Shown: positions 51,394 through 64,000 of the stretch, piece after piece
Numbering within the stretch: position 1 is the stretch's first letter
Layout: the number at the start of each line of letters is the position of its first letter
Assembly: GCA_964035545.1 (NCBI GenBank)
Contig: OZ037765.1
Coordinates: forward strand, 30,503,504 to 30,567,503
From: Bugula neritina
Taxonomy: Eukaryota; Animalia; Bryozoa
Direction of reading: 5' to 3'
Length of the DNA: 64,000 nucleotides
Translations under genes and position numbers: made by a program
The notes under the pieces: model-generated
Told to the model about the DNA's origin: nothing
Database searches by the model: none
Seen by the model: only the letters and a program-made list of their open reading frames with translations

Positions 51394-54300
51394 CTACAAT
51401 CCCTTATCCAAAACCGAGGAGATCAGAAGTTTGTCTTGCATAGCAAATTCTAATTCTTTTGGATCCATTTTTAAAGAAATCTGTAAATACCAAAGTAAAG
51501 TTTCACTTTCATGTATGTAAGGTACAAGAGAAGTAGAGAACTTAACAGAACAAACTGCTAGCCAATCAGAATTCAAGATTCAAATTTATTCAGTTACCTA
51601 ACAGATCTTCAGCTAGTCCCAGTGAGAGAACCATCTAAAACTTACCTTTCTAAGTCGGCTTTCCTTTGCTTTCTTTAGAATTATGAGACCTCTGCACTCC
51701 AATAGCTGACAGAGACTAACAAACTCTGACTGATGAAAGGGTGCTACGTCTTGCTTCTTACACACACGGCAATACGAATCAAGGACCTGCAATGACAGCG
51801 CATTTACTTTAAAAAAAACCACAAAAAGGGTATAAAAAGCAAAACTGTGACACGCGAGTGTTCTTTGACTTAGGACATAAATAATGGTTTCATCCCAGAT
51901 AGACGCTTCCAAAACCCCACATAAAATGCATATATTGCACCAAAATAAATAAATAGCTCTACTTGAAAAGCGTCTAACTGGAATGACACCATAAATAATA
52001 CCTTGATTATAAAGAAATACTTTCATAGTTGAACTGTTTATATTAAAATAGTTACCAACTCAGCAAAAACTAAAAACCACCATGACTCATCTAGTGTGAG
52101 CAGCAAAGAGCAGCATACCTTGCCCAGTGAAAACTCTTTGAGTTTGCTTGATTTCATCAAGAGGAGGAGAGTAGAGATGACGAGTTTCTGTTGAAGAGGG
52201 AATGAGTTGGGTTTAGCTGTGCTGTTAGCGCTGCCGTATACCTCGTCCACCACGCTAGCCACTTGTCCGATACCGACAGCGCTAACAGACGGCTTTGAGG
52301 GAGAGTTGAGAGGTACTGGGTCAGACTCTTCATCTGTAATATATACATTCTTGTACTAGTGGGAACTTGACTGGTAGACTAGCTGGTAATATTGTTGTTA
52401 CTTGTATGCCATTTAGTAGTGGGTTAGAGAGGCTGTACTGCAGCTATTTCACCATCAGTTACAGAGTATTGGTGATCTTGAACACTACATTGTGTGATTG
52501 TGATCATACTACCAGCTATTTAGTTTTATGAGTAAATTCAGGAAATTGTATAATGTCTCATATTACATAATCTGCTTAGCATGAGTTTTGAAATGTAAAT
52601 AGTTATCTCTATATTTTACATAGAAATATTAAATTTAACTAAAGCTACATGTACACAGGCCGATTTTTTCAGCCGATTTTGTACTTGTCTATTTCGCTAT
52701 TGCTGATTGAAAAATCGGCCAAAAGCAAAATCGGCCGATTTTTCAAAAGTCCCAAAAAATCGCTAGCAGTTTATCGGCTTGTGTACATGTAGCTTTAGAC
52801 TTACAAAAACTGTCCCAATTTGAGCAGGTGTTAAAGGATTGCTCTATCTTGTCTAATAAATGGCCATTTAGGTCAAACACACATAATATTATGTTTTTCT
52901 AAGCATGCATTGACAAAAAGCATTTGACCAAAGGTAGAAACAGTTAGTTGAAGTTGAGGGTGTAGATTGGTAACAGCCAAAACGCCGATTTTGAAATGAG
53001 CTGGGAAATGTGACGTAACAGCGCCAGCATTCCTGCTGGTCACGTGACTATACAAATGAATAACTATAGAAATATGACTGTGAGATGTGATCTTTCAGCT
53101 CGTAATTTGTATATTTATAGAAGTGCAAATGTGAATTATTTCAATCTATAGTTTTTTGACATGTTAAATAACATGTATGTGATAACATTAGGCCATATTT
53201 TGCTTGTAAGCATAGAAAAAAGCATTGCAAAAACATGCATTCTTCAGGATGAATGCCTGCGATCGATCTAAACTAGGTCAGATTGTGCAATATTACGGGC
53301 GCACCAAAGCTGACCTATATAGCGCACTGTAACTGCTTGAGCGTTATTGGTTGATGTTGCGCTCAGCAACCTTGAATACTAGCGTTATAGTTAGCACGTG
53401 CAGCATAGTTACTGGTGTTCACACGTCACGTATTAGGCTATTCTTTTTCATGGCTGAAAATTTTACCTCCCTCAAAATCGGAATTTTGAAAAGCTGTTTT
53501 CTAGGCATATATCCCTTTGCAAAGTCACAATTGTTTGCATACACATTAGATTATAGTTCATAATTATAATGTGATTGTAATAAACTAAGATAGAGCAATC
53601 CTTTAACAGCAATAAGGGCCAAGTACATAAGACAATGTTATTTGTTTAAACTGTTATGTAATGCTTTAGTACTGCTATGTATTGTGAACTATGATATAAT
53701 ATGGTAACACCTGCTCAGATTGGGGCAGTTCCTGTAATGCACTTATATGAGAAAGTTGAACATAATGTTTTATGTAAAGCACAGAGCAAACTATTCAACT
53801 ACAATAAGCACTATGTACAAAATGTATACTGGAAATCCTGCCAGCTAATAAAGTAATTAATCAACTCAAAACTTTAAAAAAGAGAAGGCAAACTTGCTCA
53901 AAGCACTGGCACTAATGTAGTAGGTCTTGCTTAGCAAAATTAAAACCCTCTATCCACATATCAACTATTTAACATAAGAGTAGACAAACCTTGCATTTTG
54001 AGGAGATTCTGTTTTCTATTGGATAGTTGAGTGAATTCAAGAGATCGTCTGCAAATATCTAATGCCTTTCTCATGTCACCTGCCACTGCTGACACTTTGC
54101 GTGCACAGTATGTCAGTGCAGACCTGTCTAGCACCTGCTTATACACTTCAGGTGTCTACAATAGCACAAGTCCAGAATATGCGGAGGTAAAGTGAACACA
54201 CACTCAATGCTCTGAAGTTAATCTTCTAACCACTAACCAGGAAAAACAACTGGTTGATGTGAACCAACCTTCTGAAGGCGAGAGTCCAACACAGTTACGA

Positions 54301-57300
54301 TCTGTTCCCTGGTGTAGGGTTCAAAGTGCAGCAGCTCTGGCCGATAGTCTATATTAACGTTTAGTCTGGGCAACATCCTGTCAGTGAGGTCTAGAGAATT
54401 GGCTATACCTGTAAACACACGACACTGGGAGGTCAATCATCAGAGAATAGACATCAAGCAGGAAACTGCGAACAATCAAGGAAGGCAGTGATAAATAAAA
54501 TCAGAGAATTGTAGAATACGTAAAAATAATTCTGATATGATTTATTATTAGTTAGTGATGAAAACAAGAGAGACACGTTTCATCATAAAATAAATAACCT
54601 GCATTCTTTCTGTTCCTCGGCAATACTCATTGTCTAGTTTAAAGCCAATACATTATAGTATATATTATATTATATAAACTTGCCTATTAGGAGTAATCTA
54701 CTCTTGGCTATACTTGGCCACTCAAATATAGTGTACAGGACTTGCTGATGCTTACTGTCTAGTTGGTCCATCTCATCCAATACTAGAAGAACCAGCTTTC
54801 CTACACAAATATTCAACCAATCAGCTTACTCTATACAGATAATCACCCAATCAGCTTACTCTATACAATCAACCAATCAGCTTACTCTATACAAAAAACT
54901 GCTGCTCTTTACTCATCACAGTAAGTGCGTGTGCCCTTTATACTGGACTATACAGAAATGTTACCAACATGAACAAGGCTACCTGTTTTATATCAACATA
55001 AACTAGACATGGATACAAGTGTATAGAAAGATGATCACATAGTAACAAGCAATGAAGCTATCTATATTTTATGGAAAGATACTTAGACTAGAATCCTAAA
55101 CAACAAGGGGAGGCAATGCATAGCCAGAGTTCCACAGATGCAGTATTCACTTACCTGGGCTGGTCAGGTGCTTTAATATTAGTTGTTCCGCATTTTTAGA
55201 AGTTCGCACACTTGCAGCAGCCTTAGATCCTAACATTTCCACAGCTATTGCCTTGAACATGGCAAATGCTGATTGCACAGTCATAGAGTTGATGAACACA
55301 GTCTGACCTATATCCTACAACCAGAGGAGATGGAGGGTTTGGAAGTGAAAATAAATAAAAACAGTATTTTCAAAAGCAAAATTGATTATAATGAGCCGTA
55401 GCTAGCATCTTGTCTTGTTAATCAAATATTTCAGCATTCATATTTTATTTAACTTTTTTTTTTATTTAAGAAGCACTACTAAATAACTATCAAAGTAATG
55501 AAGTTTGGGAAGGACCAACATCAAAGGACAGACAACCCAAGACCCATAATTATATGTGACATATAGGATAACATTAGAAGGAGCAGCCGTGGTCTAGGGG
55601 TTAAAGCGTTTGCTTTGTGAACACGAAATTGTGGGTTCGAACCCCGACAAAGGCCATTGGTGATGTTAGGAAGAGCATCCAGTCATAATTGCTCCTGTGC
55701 CTCATTTAAACAAGTCCTTAGCCCGTTCTAGCAAAAACCCTTACCATCAGGGGTTTCTCACAGGGATAGCGACTATAAACTTGCGTGAGTATATAGGATA
55801 ATATTACATCTGCACACATAGAGCAACACTGTATCTGCACACACACCTGTGACCGCTGTTGAAGTACATGTTTGATGACGGCAGTTTTACCAGTTCCGGG
55901 AGCACCGGATATATATAGACTCTTAGCGCTGCCACCATTGACTTGGTTGTCTATGAAAGTGTTGATGCTGGAGATTTCCTTCTCTCTACAGAGCACTTCG
56001 GTTGGCTGCTGAGTGTGCAATGCAGATTTCACTTTCTCAAACAGTGCTATAACACATCAGCAATAGACTAGAACTATTAACAGTGTGAGGGTTCTTATTG
56101 GAGGTTGCTAAGCAACAAAACATTAAAGAGTAAACAACATGAGATGGAAATATTTACCAGAAGATTGCTGTACTGGGGTCATCAACAGCTTCTTTCTCGC
56201 TGCCGGTGTATCCGCTACTACAAGATTAAAGACGGGGCAATGGCTAAGAACAGACAAAATTAACCAACACATTCTTTCAGAAACTAAACAACTTGGTGAC
56301 ACAGCAGCATTTTTGACTCCCAGATACAAAAAAAACCCAAAAAGTATTCGAGAGACATCTAGAGGTGTAACTCACACTTATTATGACTAGCAGAACTAGT
56401 TGGGGTCTTAGCTGATTGAGGGGTCAGAAGATCTAGAAAAAATATACAACTGGATGTAATTAATAGAATAAAAATATAAGATTGTGTTTAGTTTGACTTC
56501 ACAACTAGCTCCAGACTGAACAATGCTGAACCAGGTGCAAAATAAAATATTAAAAGAGTTTACGTTGTTAACCTTTTGCAATAAGTAAATTTAGCACTTT
56601 AGGCTAATTCGAACAAGTATGGCTAAATAATTCTATAACTTTCAACAACATTTCAAAGCCTGGTAAGCCTGAACGGTAATAGATCCAGCAAGTTCATACT
56701 GTTAGTTGCTCTGCATTTGACTGATGTAAGCATAGCCTTAGGTTTTCCGCTCAGTAACTTTGCCTCAGGAACTTGAATAGTATGCGAAGCAAAACTTGCT
56801 ACACTTACCTGCACAGGGTTTCATCTCAGACCTGTTTCCTGTAGTTGGAGTCTCCCCTGCTGTAACAAGTCAAACAAACAAGGTGAATCACTCCACAGAC
56901 ATATCATTGAGTATATAGAAACCAATTATATTGTAAAATAACTGCGGGTAGAAGAATAGGGGATGTTAAGATTTGGATACACAGGTGACCAGAATGAGAG
57001 GGAAGGAGAGAGGGAGCGAAAGGAGTGAGGGAAAAACGTGTTTGTGCTAGGCAGATTTAGAATTTAGCTATGTCATACTTTTTTTAATACAACTGGTAGG
57101 TGTTCCAGGTGCTTGTTCTTTATCAAAACAGGCTTTCCTTTTGCTAGGAGAGGAATCTGATGTTTGCCTGTCAGATGCTAGCCGTTTAGAGGGGCTGAAA
57201 ACATGTCTTGAACTCTTCCTGGGAGTGACTTGGTTTTTTGAAATGTTATTTAAAACTGATTGAGTAGACTCCTGCTTTGAATAGGATTTATTAGTGTTAC

Positions 57301-57454
57301 AACTTTCAACCATGACCTTATTGTCGTTAAGGGTTCCATTTTTGGATGCATTTATTTCTGTAGCTGTTTTACAATTGTTTTCTTTGTCTTTCACCAATTT
57401 TCTCCTGGTAGATTTTCGAACTGGAAATGGCAATTGAGTTTGTGTGAGTGACAT
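51394..57454 (-). CDS. CDC6: Cell division control protein 6 (AAA+ replication licensing ATPase), ~11 coding exons
   Basis: Exons ~57454-57079, 56859-56809, 56217-56158, 56047-55847, 55314-55155, 54800-54684, 54408-54270, 54156-53990, 52334-52119, 51786-51646, 51481-51394. Motifs SLYISGAPGTGKT (Walker A), VLDEMDQL (Walker B), GIANSLDLTDRMLPRL, CARKVSAVAGDMRKALDICRR, PLQQKL, winged helix; N-terminal KEN box and S/TP CDK sites. Confidence 0.95.
52639..52798. mobile_element. Small palindromic MITE (~160 bp)
   Basis: 26-bp TIR CTAAAGCTACATGTACACAGGCCGAT / ATCGGCTTGTGTACATGTAGCTTTAG (1 mismatch); internal GCCGATTTT/AAAATCGGC motifs; superfamily (Harbinger or TA-target) unresolved. Confidence 0.8.
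52831..53606. mobile_element. Kolobok/T2-like MITE, copy 2, in CDC6 intron
   Basis: TTAA|AGGATTGCTCTATCTT...AAGATAGAGCAATCCT|TTAA with a perfect 16-bp TIR; near-identical to 5090-5866. Confidence 0.9.
54813..54893. repeat. Three copies of TCAACCAATCAGCTTACTCTATAC next to a CDC6 3' splice site
   Basis: Directly visible; the last copy on the minus strand ends ~12 nt before the acceptor at 54801. Confidence 0.85.
55580..55779 (+). mobile_element. tRNA-derived SINE, best-preserved copy
   Basis: A box TGGTCTAGGGG, B box GGTTCGAACCC, body TTAGGAAGAGCATCCAGTC; four other copies in the window. Confidence 0.85.
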
Positions 57455-58459
57455 GGCTCCACCCAGCTGACTTGTATTTGAAGGGTAAACTAGAAAAACA
57501 AACTAATTATAATCATTATGCAGGACACATCTGAATTTAGGATAAAAATACATCTACTTTCAATAAACACTAAATATCATTAATTTAAAAAGTCAAATGT
57601 AAATCACTAAATGCTGTTTCAATCTGAGATTGTTTACATGATTTTGAGAATCTCCGTAAAGTTGATCGTCAGTATGAGTAAATCAACAGGCCTGGTAAAC
57701 CGTAAATGAGTATCACTATCAGAATCAGTATGAGTATCACTATGAGTGATAGTGATACAATTGAATTTGATACTCATACTCACAGTATCATACTTATAGT
57801 TATTAAATTATACTTATAGTCATACTCATACTCAATCTCATAGTGATAGTCATACTTATACTGAGCTAATCATAGTGATACTGGAAATGGATAGCCATAC
57901 TCACTATAAGTATAACTATTACTATCAAATTAAATATCATAATCATACTGATAAACTAAAAAGTATGATCGAGATCAAGATGTTCACTCGAAGTCAATCT
58001 TAATGTGAATGTGAATCACTATTGGACAGAATGTCTTGGTTACAGGTTAGTAGTTACACTCGCTAGTTACTGTGGCAGTTGTACTGGTAATCGATGTCAT
58101 AGTGATAGTGATAGTCACTCAATCATAGTGTAACTGTAAGTGATAGTGACACTGAGAGTATGACTATGAGTACCAGTATCAGTGTGTCCTATGACTATCA
58201 CTATGAGTAACTGTAACTGTAAGTGTAAGAGCATGAGTAGCCGTAGGAGATTCAGATTGAGTCCATGATCATCTCCATGGCTATAACATTAAACTTAACA
58301 ATATAACAAAAGTTTAAGAACTGAAGCATCCTGACTCTACAATTATAATCCAACTCATAGTAATAGGATCAGGTTATAGGATAAAAAGCAAAAAGTAATA
58401 TACTAATATTTACAGTAATTCAGATTGAATCTATCATGAACACGTTAGGACTATAGGAA

Positions 58460-58467
58460 TTCCCGCC
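58460..58467. promoter_or_regulatory. Candidate E2F site in the CDC6/CWC22 divergent promoter region
   Basis: TTCCCGCC in an otherwise CpG-poor region upstream of CDC6, a known E2F target in animals; TSS not known. Confidence 0.45.
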
Positions 58468-60574
58468 ACAAGCAATGAGCTAGTGTCAATTATTCTCCTG
58501 TGGAGTTATCTTCTCCATAAGTTTTCTGACGAAACTTTCAACTCTTGCTGTTATAACTTATTAGCAATAACAACTCAGTTTTTTAAAGCTATTCTGTTTT
58601 AAAAACAATTTTTTTTATTAATAAACTTTAATAACTATTACAATTTAAAATGCATAATTGCTGGTTGGAATCTTGTACCAAGTCAGAATCGTTTTTTAGA
58701 GATGTTGTTGTCTGTCTGTAGCCTATTGAATATTTCCGGTACGATCACGATCACTATGATTAAACTTAATCACAATCACTAATGTTTAATTAAATTTATT
58801 GTTGTGGGTTTTAAAATTAATATCAAGCCAGCAGTCATAAAATTGTTTTTCTAAGTTTTTTTTGTGGTTATAATTTATAATGTACTATTATTATTTATAG
58901 CCACACTATGACTATAAGTATAACTATTCGTTTGCAACAAAATGAAAATTGAAAACAACTGCCACTGGCAACTCAAAGTCAAAGAGTCAAAGTGAAAGTC
59001 AAACTGATAAACTCATAGTCATAATGATCATGAATTTTTATTGTAAAGGAGTATGATGATGACACTCCGATTCATATTTCAAATCTCGATTTCTCACTGA
59101 CACACTCAGTCTCACTTTTAGTGTTAATCCCATTGTAATTGTCATTGTGAAACTGAGAGTGAGACTCAGACTGAGTCTCACCGTCTCATTCTTTCTTGCA
59201 GTGACACTGACTCCAGCCCTAAGTGCGGCAGTTACACTATTGCTGTAACTGTTGATGGTGATTGGCGCTATCAGTATCAAATTCAAGCATTATCATTATG
59301 ATAGTAGTTATCGTAATACTTTATTACTTTAACTGCATTTTAATAAGCAACCAACTTATACTAATGATGAAAAATTAATATTAATACTTTTATTATTCAC
59401 CTTTGAATTATGAATATTATTAATAATTTAGTTGAATATATAATTTTATTATCATTGAGTGTTATCAATTGTTATTCACTCATTAACAGGACTTCTAGTC
59501 GGTTCTAAACAGTCAATTGGTCAGCAGCAGTATGTGTTTTTGTGACATACTTTTGGCTTTAGGAGCTTCAATAAAGCTGCTAGCAGTGAAATCATTGAAC
59601 TGACTTTACAAATAGTGGCTCATACTAATATACACTACAACAAATGCACAGGACAATTGCTCATTCACATAATTAGCATTAGTAACTTTCATCAAATGAG
59701 ATATCAATGCTCATAATTATATAATACTATTTATTTTAAGATACTATCGAATTTATAACTAAAATAAAAATGGTTGTATTACAACCGATAGTAACATTGA
59801 TATATTATTCTTCTAATAACTACTATATTTAGTTATTGGAATTGTAAAGTTAATCGTAAACGAATTACTTATCGTCATCTTCGATATTCTTTTTGGTGAC
59901 GTAAGCTTGAAAAAGTCGAACGAAACCACTTTAGTTCGAATAATTTCTGTTAAAAAAATTGTTAGATATGCCACAGTTTTGCTGATGAAAATAATATTTA
60001 CAAAATTCTCAAGCAGTGTGTTCCATCAGTTTATTATTATGTCACAATTCTTGTTTGGTTTTACAGAAAGCTTACTATGTACATCGTCCTCATGTTTTTT
60101 CAGCTAAATGAAAAAAGAAACAATAATAAGAAAGCTAATCACGCTGAAATCAAATTTGATTATGATTGATTTAAACTTTAGCTGGGATGTCTCAGCTTGT
60201 CGTTGTTAGACTACCTGATGAAAATTAATCAACATTTATTGACTGCTTGAATGAGTTATATTGCATGTCTCAGCTTTGCAATGTTTATAATCTGCCAGAT
60301 ACATTCGTCCAATCTCTTCATTAATGCCAATAATAGGTAGCATCAAATAATTTGATAGTATAATTAATTTATTAATTAAATAAATTACCTGCAACATTAC
60401 TTTCTGATTGAATGAGCTATATTGCACATCTGAGATCTGCAACGTTTACCATCTGCCAAATACATGCGATCTGTCTCTGCATTAACAGGAAATACTAGCA
60501 TCCAATAACTTTCACCAAAGTAAAATTTTGTATTTTTAGACTATATCTTTTCAAATCAGAGAATCTAAACAAAC

Positions 60575-63500
60575 ATGTCTACTCAGAGCTCAAGTAAGAG
60601 AGCCGCATCACCCATAGTATATGACAAAACCAAATTAAAAAGAGCAAGCAGCCATTCTGCTAGCTCAAGCGAAGGAGAAGTTACAGACTCAGATAATGAA
60701 GCTCCTCCACAGGTTCAAAGTGCCATAAAACCTGTGACAGCTACAAAGACCTCAAGACGCTCCAAATCTAAAGAGGTTTCACCCAGGAGAAGCCGCAGGT
60801 ACCAGTAATAAAGTTTACTGCTTGTCAAAAACCAAGCCCTTTATTCGCCTGCTTTGTTTTTTTATACAAGTTTACGTAGTGCACTAATTAATTAAAGTTG
60901 TTAGTCACGTAATATTAAATGCTATTTTGCAGTCAGAGTTTGGGCTCTTCAAAAGAAAACCGTTTTAGGTCAAATAGTCGCTCTGAAAATGAAGATGATA
61001 TTCCCGAGTGGAAAAAAGAAAGGTCCTTCACTCCTGAAGATGAAATGAAACCAAGGAAATGGAGGGCAGCTGAGAGCAGCCGCTCCGATAAGCATAGGTA
61101 TTGGGCTATCAGTTTTTTCCTGGGCTATTCAGGTTTTTACTGACTTATGAAATTTTTGCAGTTTGCAGTTGGTAATGGTTGTTTGGTTAAATATAAGAAA
61201 AGTTGGTATGTTAGATAATAAAAATAAATAAGAAATACAACCCGTGAGCCTCTCTGACCTAGTAATTTACTCAACTGGCAGAACGTGAAGTGAAAACTTC
61301 ATAAACAGTTTATAGGAAATGACAATAATTTGCTATGTGGCTTAGAGAATTCCCTGTGAAGAGCTAAATGTTCTATTACCATAATAAATTAGCTCGGGGT
61401 GCATCACTTTTTTAAAAATTTTTTTTTTTAGTGGCCATATTCACTTTCAAAGAACTAAAAGCTTAAAGTTTATACAATCCAGCACTATGCGCTTCTTTCA
61501 CTGATAGATTCTGACGTCCACTGTCGTTGCAACTGCATGTTGTATGAAAAATTTTGTTTTTAAGGCGAAGTCACAGAGAAAGAGAAGAAGAACGAGATCG
61601 AAGGGAGAGGCGGCGTTTAGAAGCAAGAAGGGATAGGTTTGATGGCAGTCGAGATCGGCGGTCAGACAGGCATCGAGATCAAGATAGCGACAGACATGGT
61701 GATAGAGACCGACAGCGAGAAAGTGATCGACATCGATATAGAGACAGACATCGCGATAGTGAGAGACATAGAGATAGTGAGAGACATCGCAATAGTGAGA
61801 GACATCGAGATAGTGAGAGGCATCGAGATAGTGAGAGACATCGAAATAGTGAGAGACATGGAGATGATGACAGAAATCAAGAAATCACGACGAAGTTAGT
61901 CAAAACATGATTTAAACTGGCGGTGATCATTTTAATTTTATTGAGTTCTTCTAAAGAATTGGTTTTATATGTTGCTGTGATAACCGATACACTTGATAGT
62001 AATTTTTGTCTGTTTAAACTCATCTGTTTTTTTTTTGTTTTTCTTGTCAGGCCTAAGAAAAAAGCAACAGACGATCTTTTGACAAGTAAAACAGGTGGAG
62101 CGTATATACCGCCTGCTAGACTCCGCATGATGCAAGCTGCCATAACAGATAAAAACAGGTATGCAATACAAGATAAATAAAAACATGTACATGTCTTGTA
62201 ATATAATCCTATAACTTTGCTATAAAGGTGGAACAGTGTTGTCTCAAGTTTTACTGTTCCTCTTTAGTGCCGAATATCAGCGAATGGCTTGGGAAGCTTT
62301 GAAAAAGTCTATCAATGGTCTGGTGAACAAAGTGAATGTGGGAAATATTAAAGAGATCATGTACGAACTGCTGGCTGAGAACGTCATTCGAGGGAGGTGA
62401 GAGGGCAGGTTTCATTCAGACTAATTTGCTCAGCTGCTTTTATTTCAATAAATTACTGAGACATCGTTGTAACTTTTGTAGAGGTCTGTTGTGCCGATCA
62501 ATAATTCAGGCACAGAGCGCATCTCCAACCTTCACGAATGTATATGCGGCGGTAGTTGCCATAGTCAACTCAAAGTTTCCACAGATTGGCGAGTTGCTGT
62601 TGAAACGTCTGATCTTACAGTTCAGAAGAGGTTATCGTCGTAGTGACAAAAGCATATGCTTATCAGCTAGCCAGTTCATAGCACATCTTGTTAACCAACA
62701 AGTAGTAAGTCTATATTCTGAGATTACATGCTTATGATTGACTGTTCATTGTATTTCTGAAGTTTTCTTGAAGCTGAATGTGCGTCTAAAATTCTTTTCC
62801 ACCTACAGTTCATTCCTTGAGCATATTTTGAATGTTTGTTTACATTTGTGTAAGCTTCTTTAGATTATATACAGTTACTCTGTCAACAATTAACTAATAT
62901 ATTACTTTTGCCCTTTCTTACCTCGGCATCTCGACTCTATTTCGCATTGAAAGTTTTCTGATGACGATGCCAAAAAGTTGTTATTGATTCACTTATGTTA
63001 CAAAAGTTGCAGCTAATCTGAGACAAGCTATTAGTTGTGTATTCTCCAAGCTTCTTACTCTACCCTACTCTAGGCCCACGAGGTGCTAGCTCTTGAGGTT
63101 TTAACTCTACTCCTGGAGAAAGCTACGGACGACTCCGTGGAGTTGGCTGTTGGCTTCCTCAAGGAATGTGGCAAGAAGTTACAAGAAGTCAGTCCAAAGG
63201 GAATAAATGCAATATGTGAAAGATTAAGATCAATTCTACACGAGAGTGAAGTGAACATTCGGGTGCAATACATGATAGAGGTAAGTTACAGGATACCTAA
63301 CAATAATAAATTGTTCAGTATGTAATCGACTAGTATAATGGGACTAGGGTTGGTTGAACTAATTTTCACTCTTTTGATTGATTGATTGATTTATTACATA
63401 TCACAAACATGACAGCACGTTGCATGGAGTTGTTCTTTATAAATTACTTGAATAGATGCAAGTATGTTATACAATAAACACCACCTGCTTTAGTAAAACA

Positions 63501-64000
63501 TTCTTCAACTACAATAAAGCTAAGCATACTTGTTTGAGATACACAGAAGGTGTTGTACTGTTACTCTGGCCTTGTGAGGACTGCTGTTGAGTCAAGCTTA
63601 GTAGGTGCAGTGCTTAGACCATAATCTCCCACTCCTCTATGTTTCTAGGTGATGTTTCAAGTTAGAAAGGATAAATTTAAAGACCATGAAGCAGTAGTGG
63701 ATGGTCTTATGCTAGTAGAGGAAGATGATCAATTCACTCACCTACTCTCCCTGGATGAAGTCACTGATGGAGAGGACCTACTGAGTGAGTAGACAGCGTC
63801 ATGTAATAGCCTACAGGCAGCTAAGACAGCCTTTTTGGTTTTAGTGAAAAGTAGTTAAATAAGACTTGGCTGTTTTCCATATGCATATCACTATTCTTAA
63901 TCTGACCATTTCTACTGCACAATTGAGTTTCATCAAAGCACTGGTTATATAATATTTTAAACTGGGGTTGCTTAGATGCATTTTTTGCTTCAGAAGTTAG
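60575..64000 (+). CDS. CWC22: Pre-mRNA splicing factor CWC22 (MIF4G domain), 5' part, continues past the window
   Basis: Exons ~60575-60798, 60932-61096, 61565-61894, 62051-62158, 62268-62396, 62483-62704, 63074-63280, 63649-63784. RS/RD-rich N-terminus; [79 protein letters not shown]. Confidence 0.95.
61745..61860 (+). repeat. Coding 18-bp tandem repeat (RHRDSE)n in CWC22
   Basis: AGACATCGAGATAGTGAG about 6 times, in frame. Confidence 0.85.

Noticed and set aside
55580-55650. Functional tRNA gene
   Set aside because: No proper acceptor stem or poly-T terminator; continues into a repeated SINE body.

Overview
AT-rich animal (invertebrate-like) nuclear genomic DNA with many short introns. 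It holds seven host genes: OSGEPL1 (+), GALNT11 (+), a Dbx homeobox gene (-), an NMDA receptor GluN2-type subunit (+), HAUS2 (-), CDC6 (-) and the 5' part of CWC22 (+). A very young 7.4-kb Ty3/Gypsy LTR retrotransposon sits in HAUS2 intron 1, with identical 305-bp LTRs, an ATAT TSD and a tRNA-Leu PBS. It has a predicted GUUAAAC + pseudoknot -1 frameshift, an in-frame TAG in the integrase tail, and an unusual third ORF encoding an acidic/C2H2-zinc-finger/coiled-coil protein instead of Env; its LTR U3 carries a perfect palindrome. Other repeats: two copies of a TTAA-TSD Kolobok/T2-type MITE, a small palindromic MITE, five copies of a tRNA-derived SINE, two intronic minimal hammerhead ribozymes of one family, a ~90-bp-arm fold-back, and several tandem arrays built from copies of the splice sites themselves. 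Exon boundaries were read by eye and gene identities rest on remembered family motifs; no database search was run.
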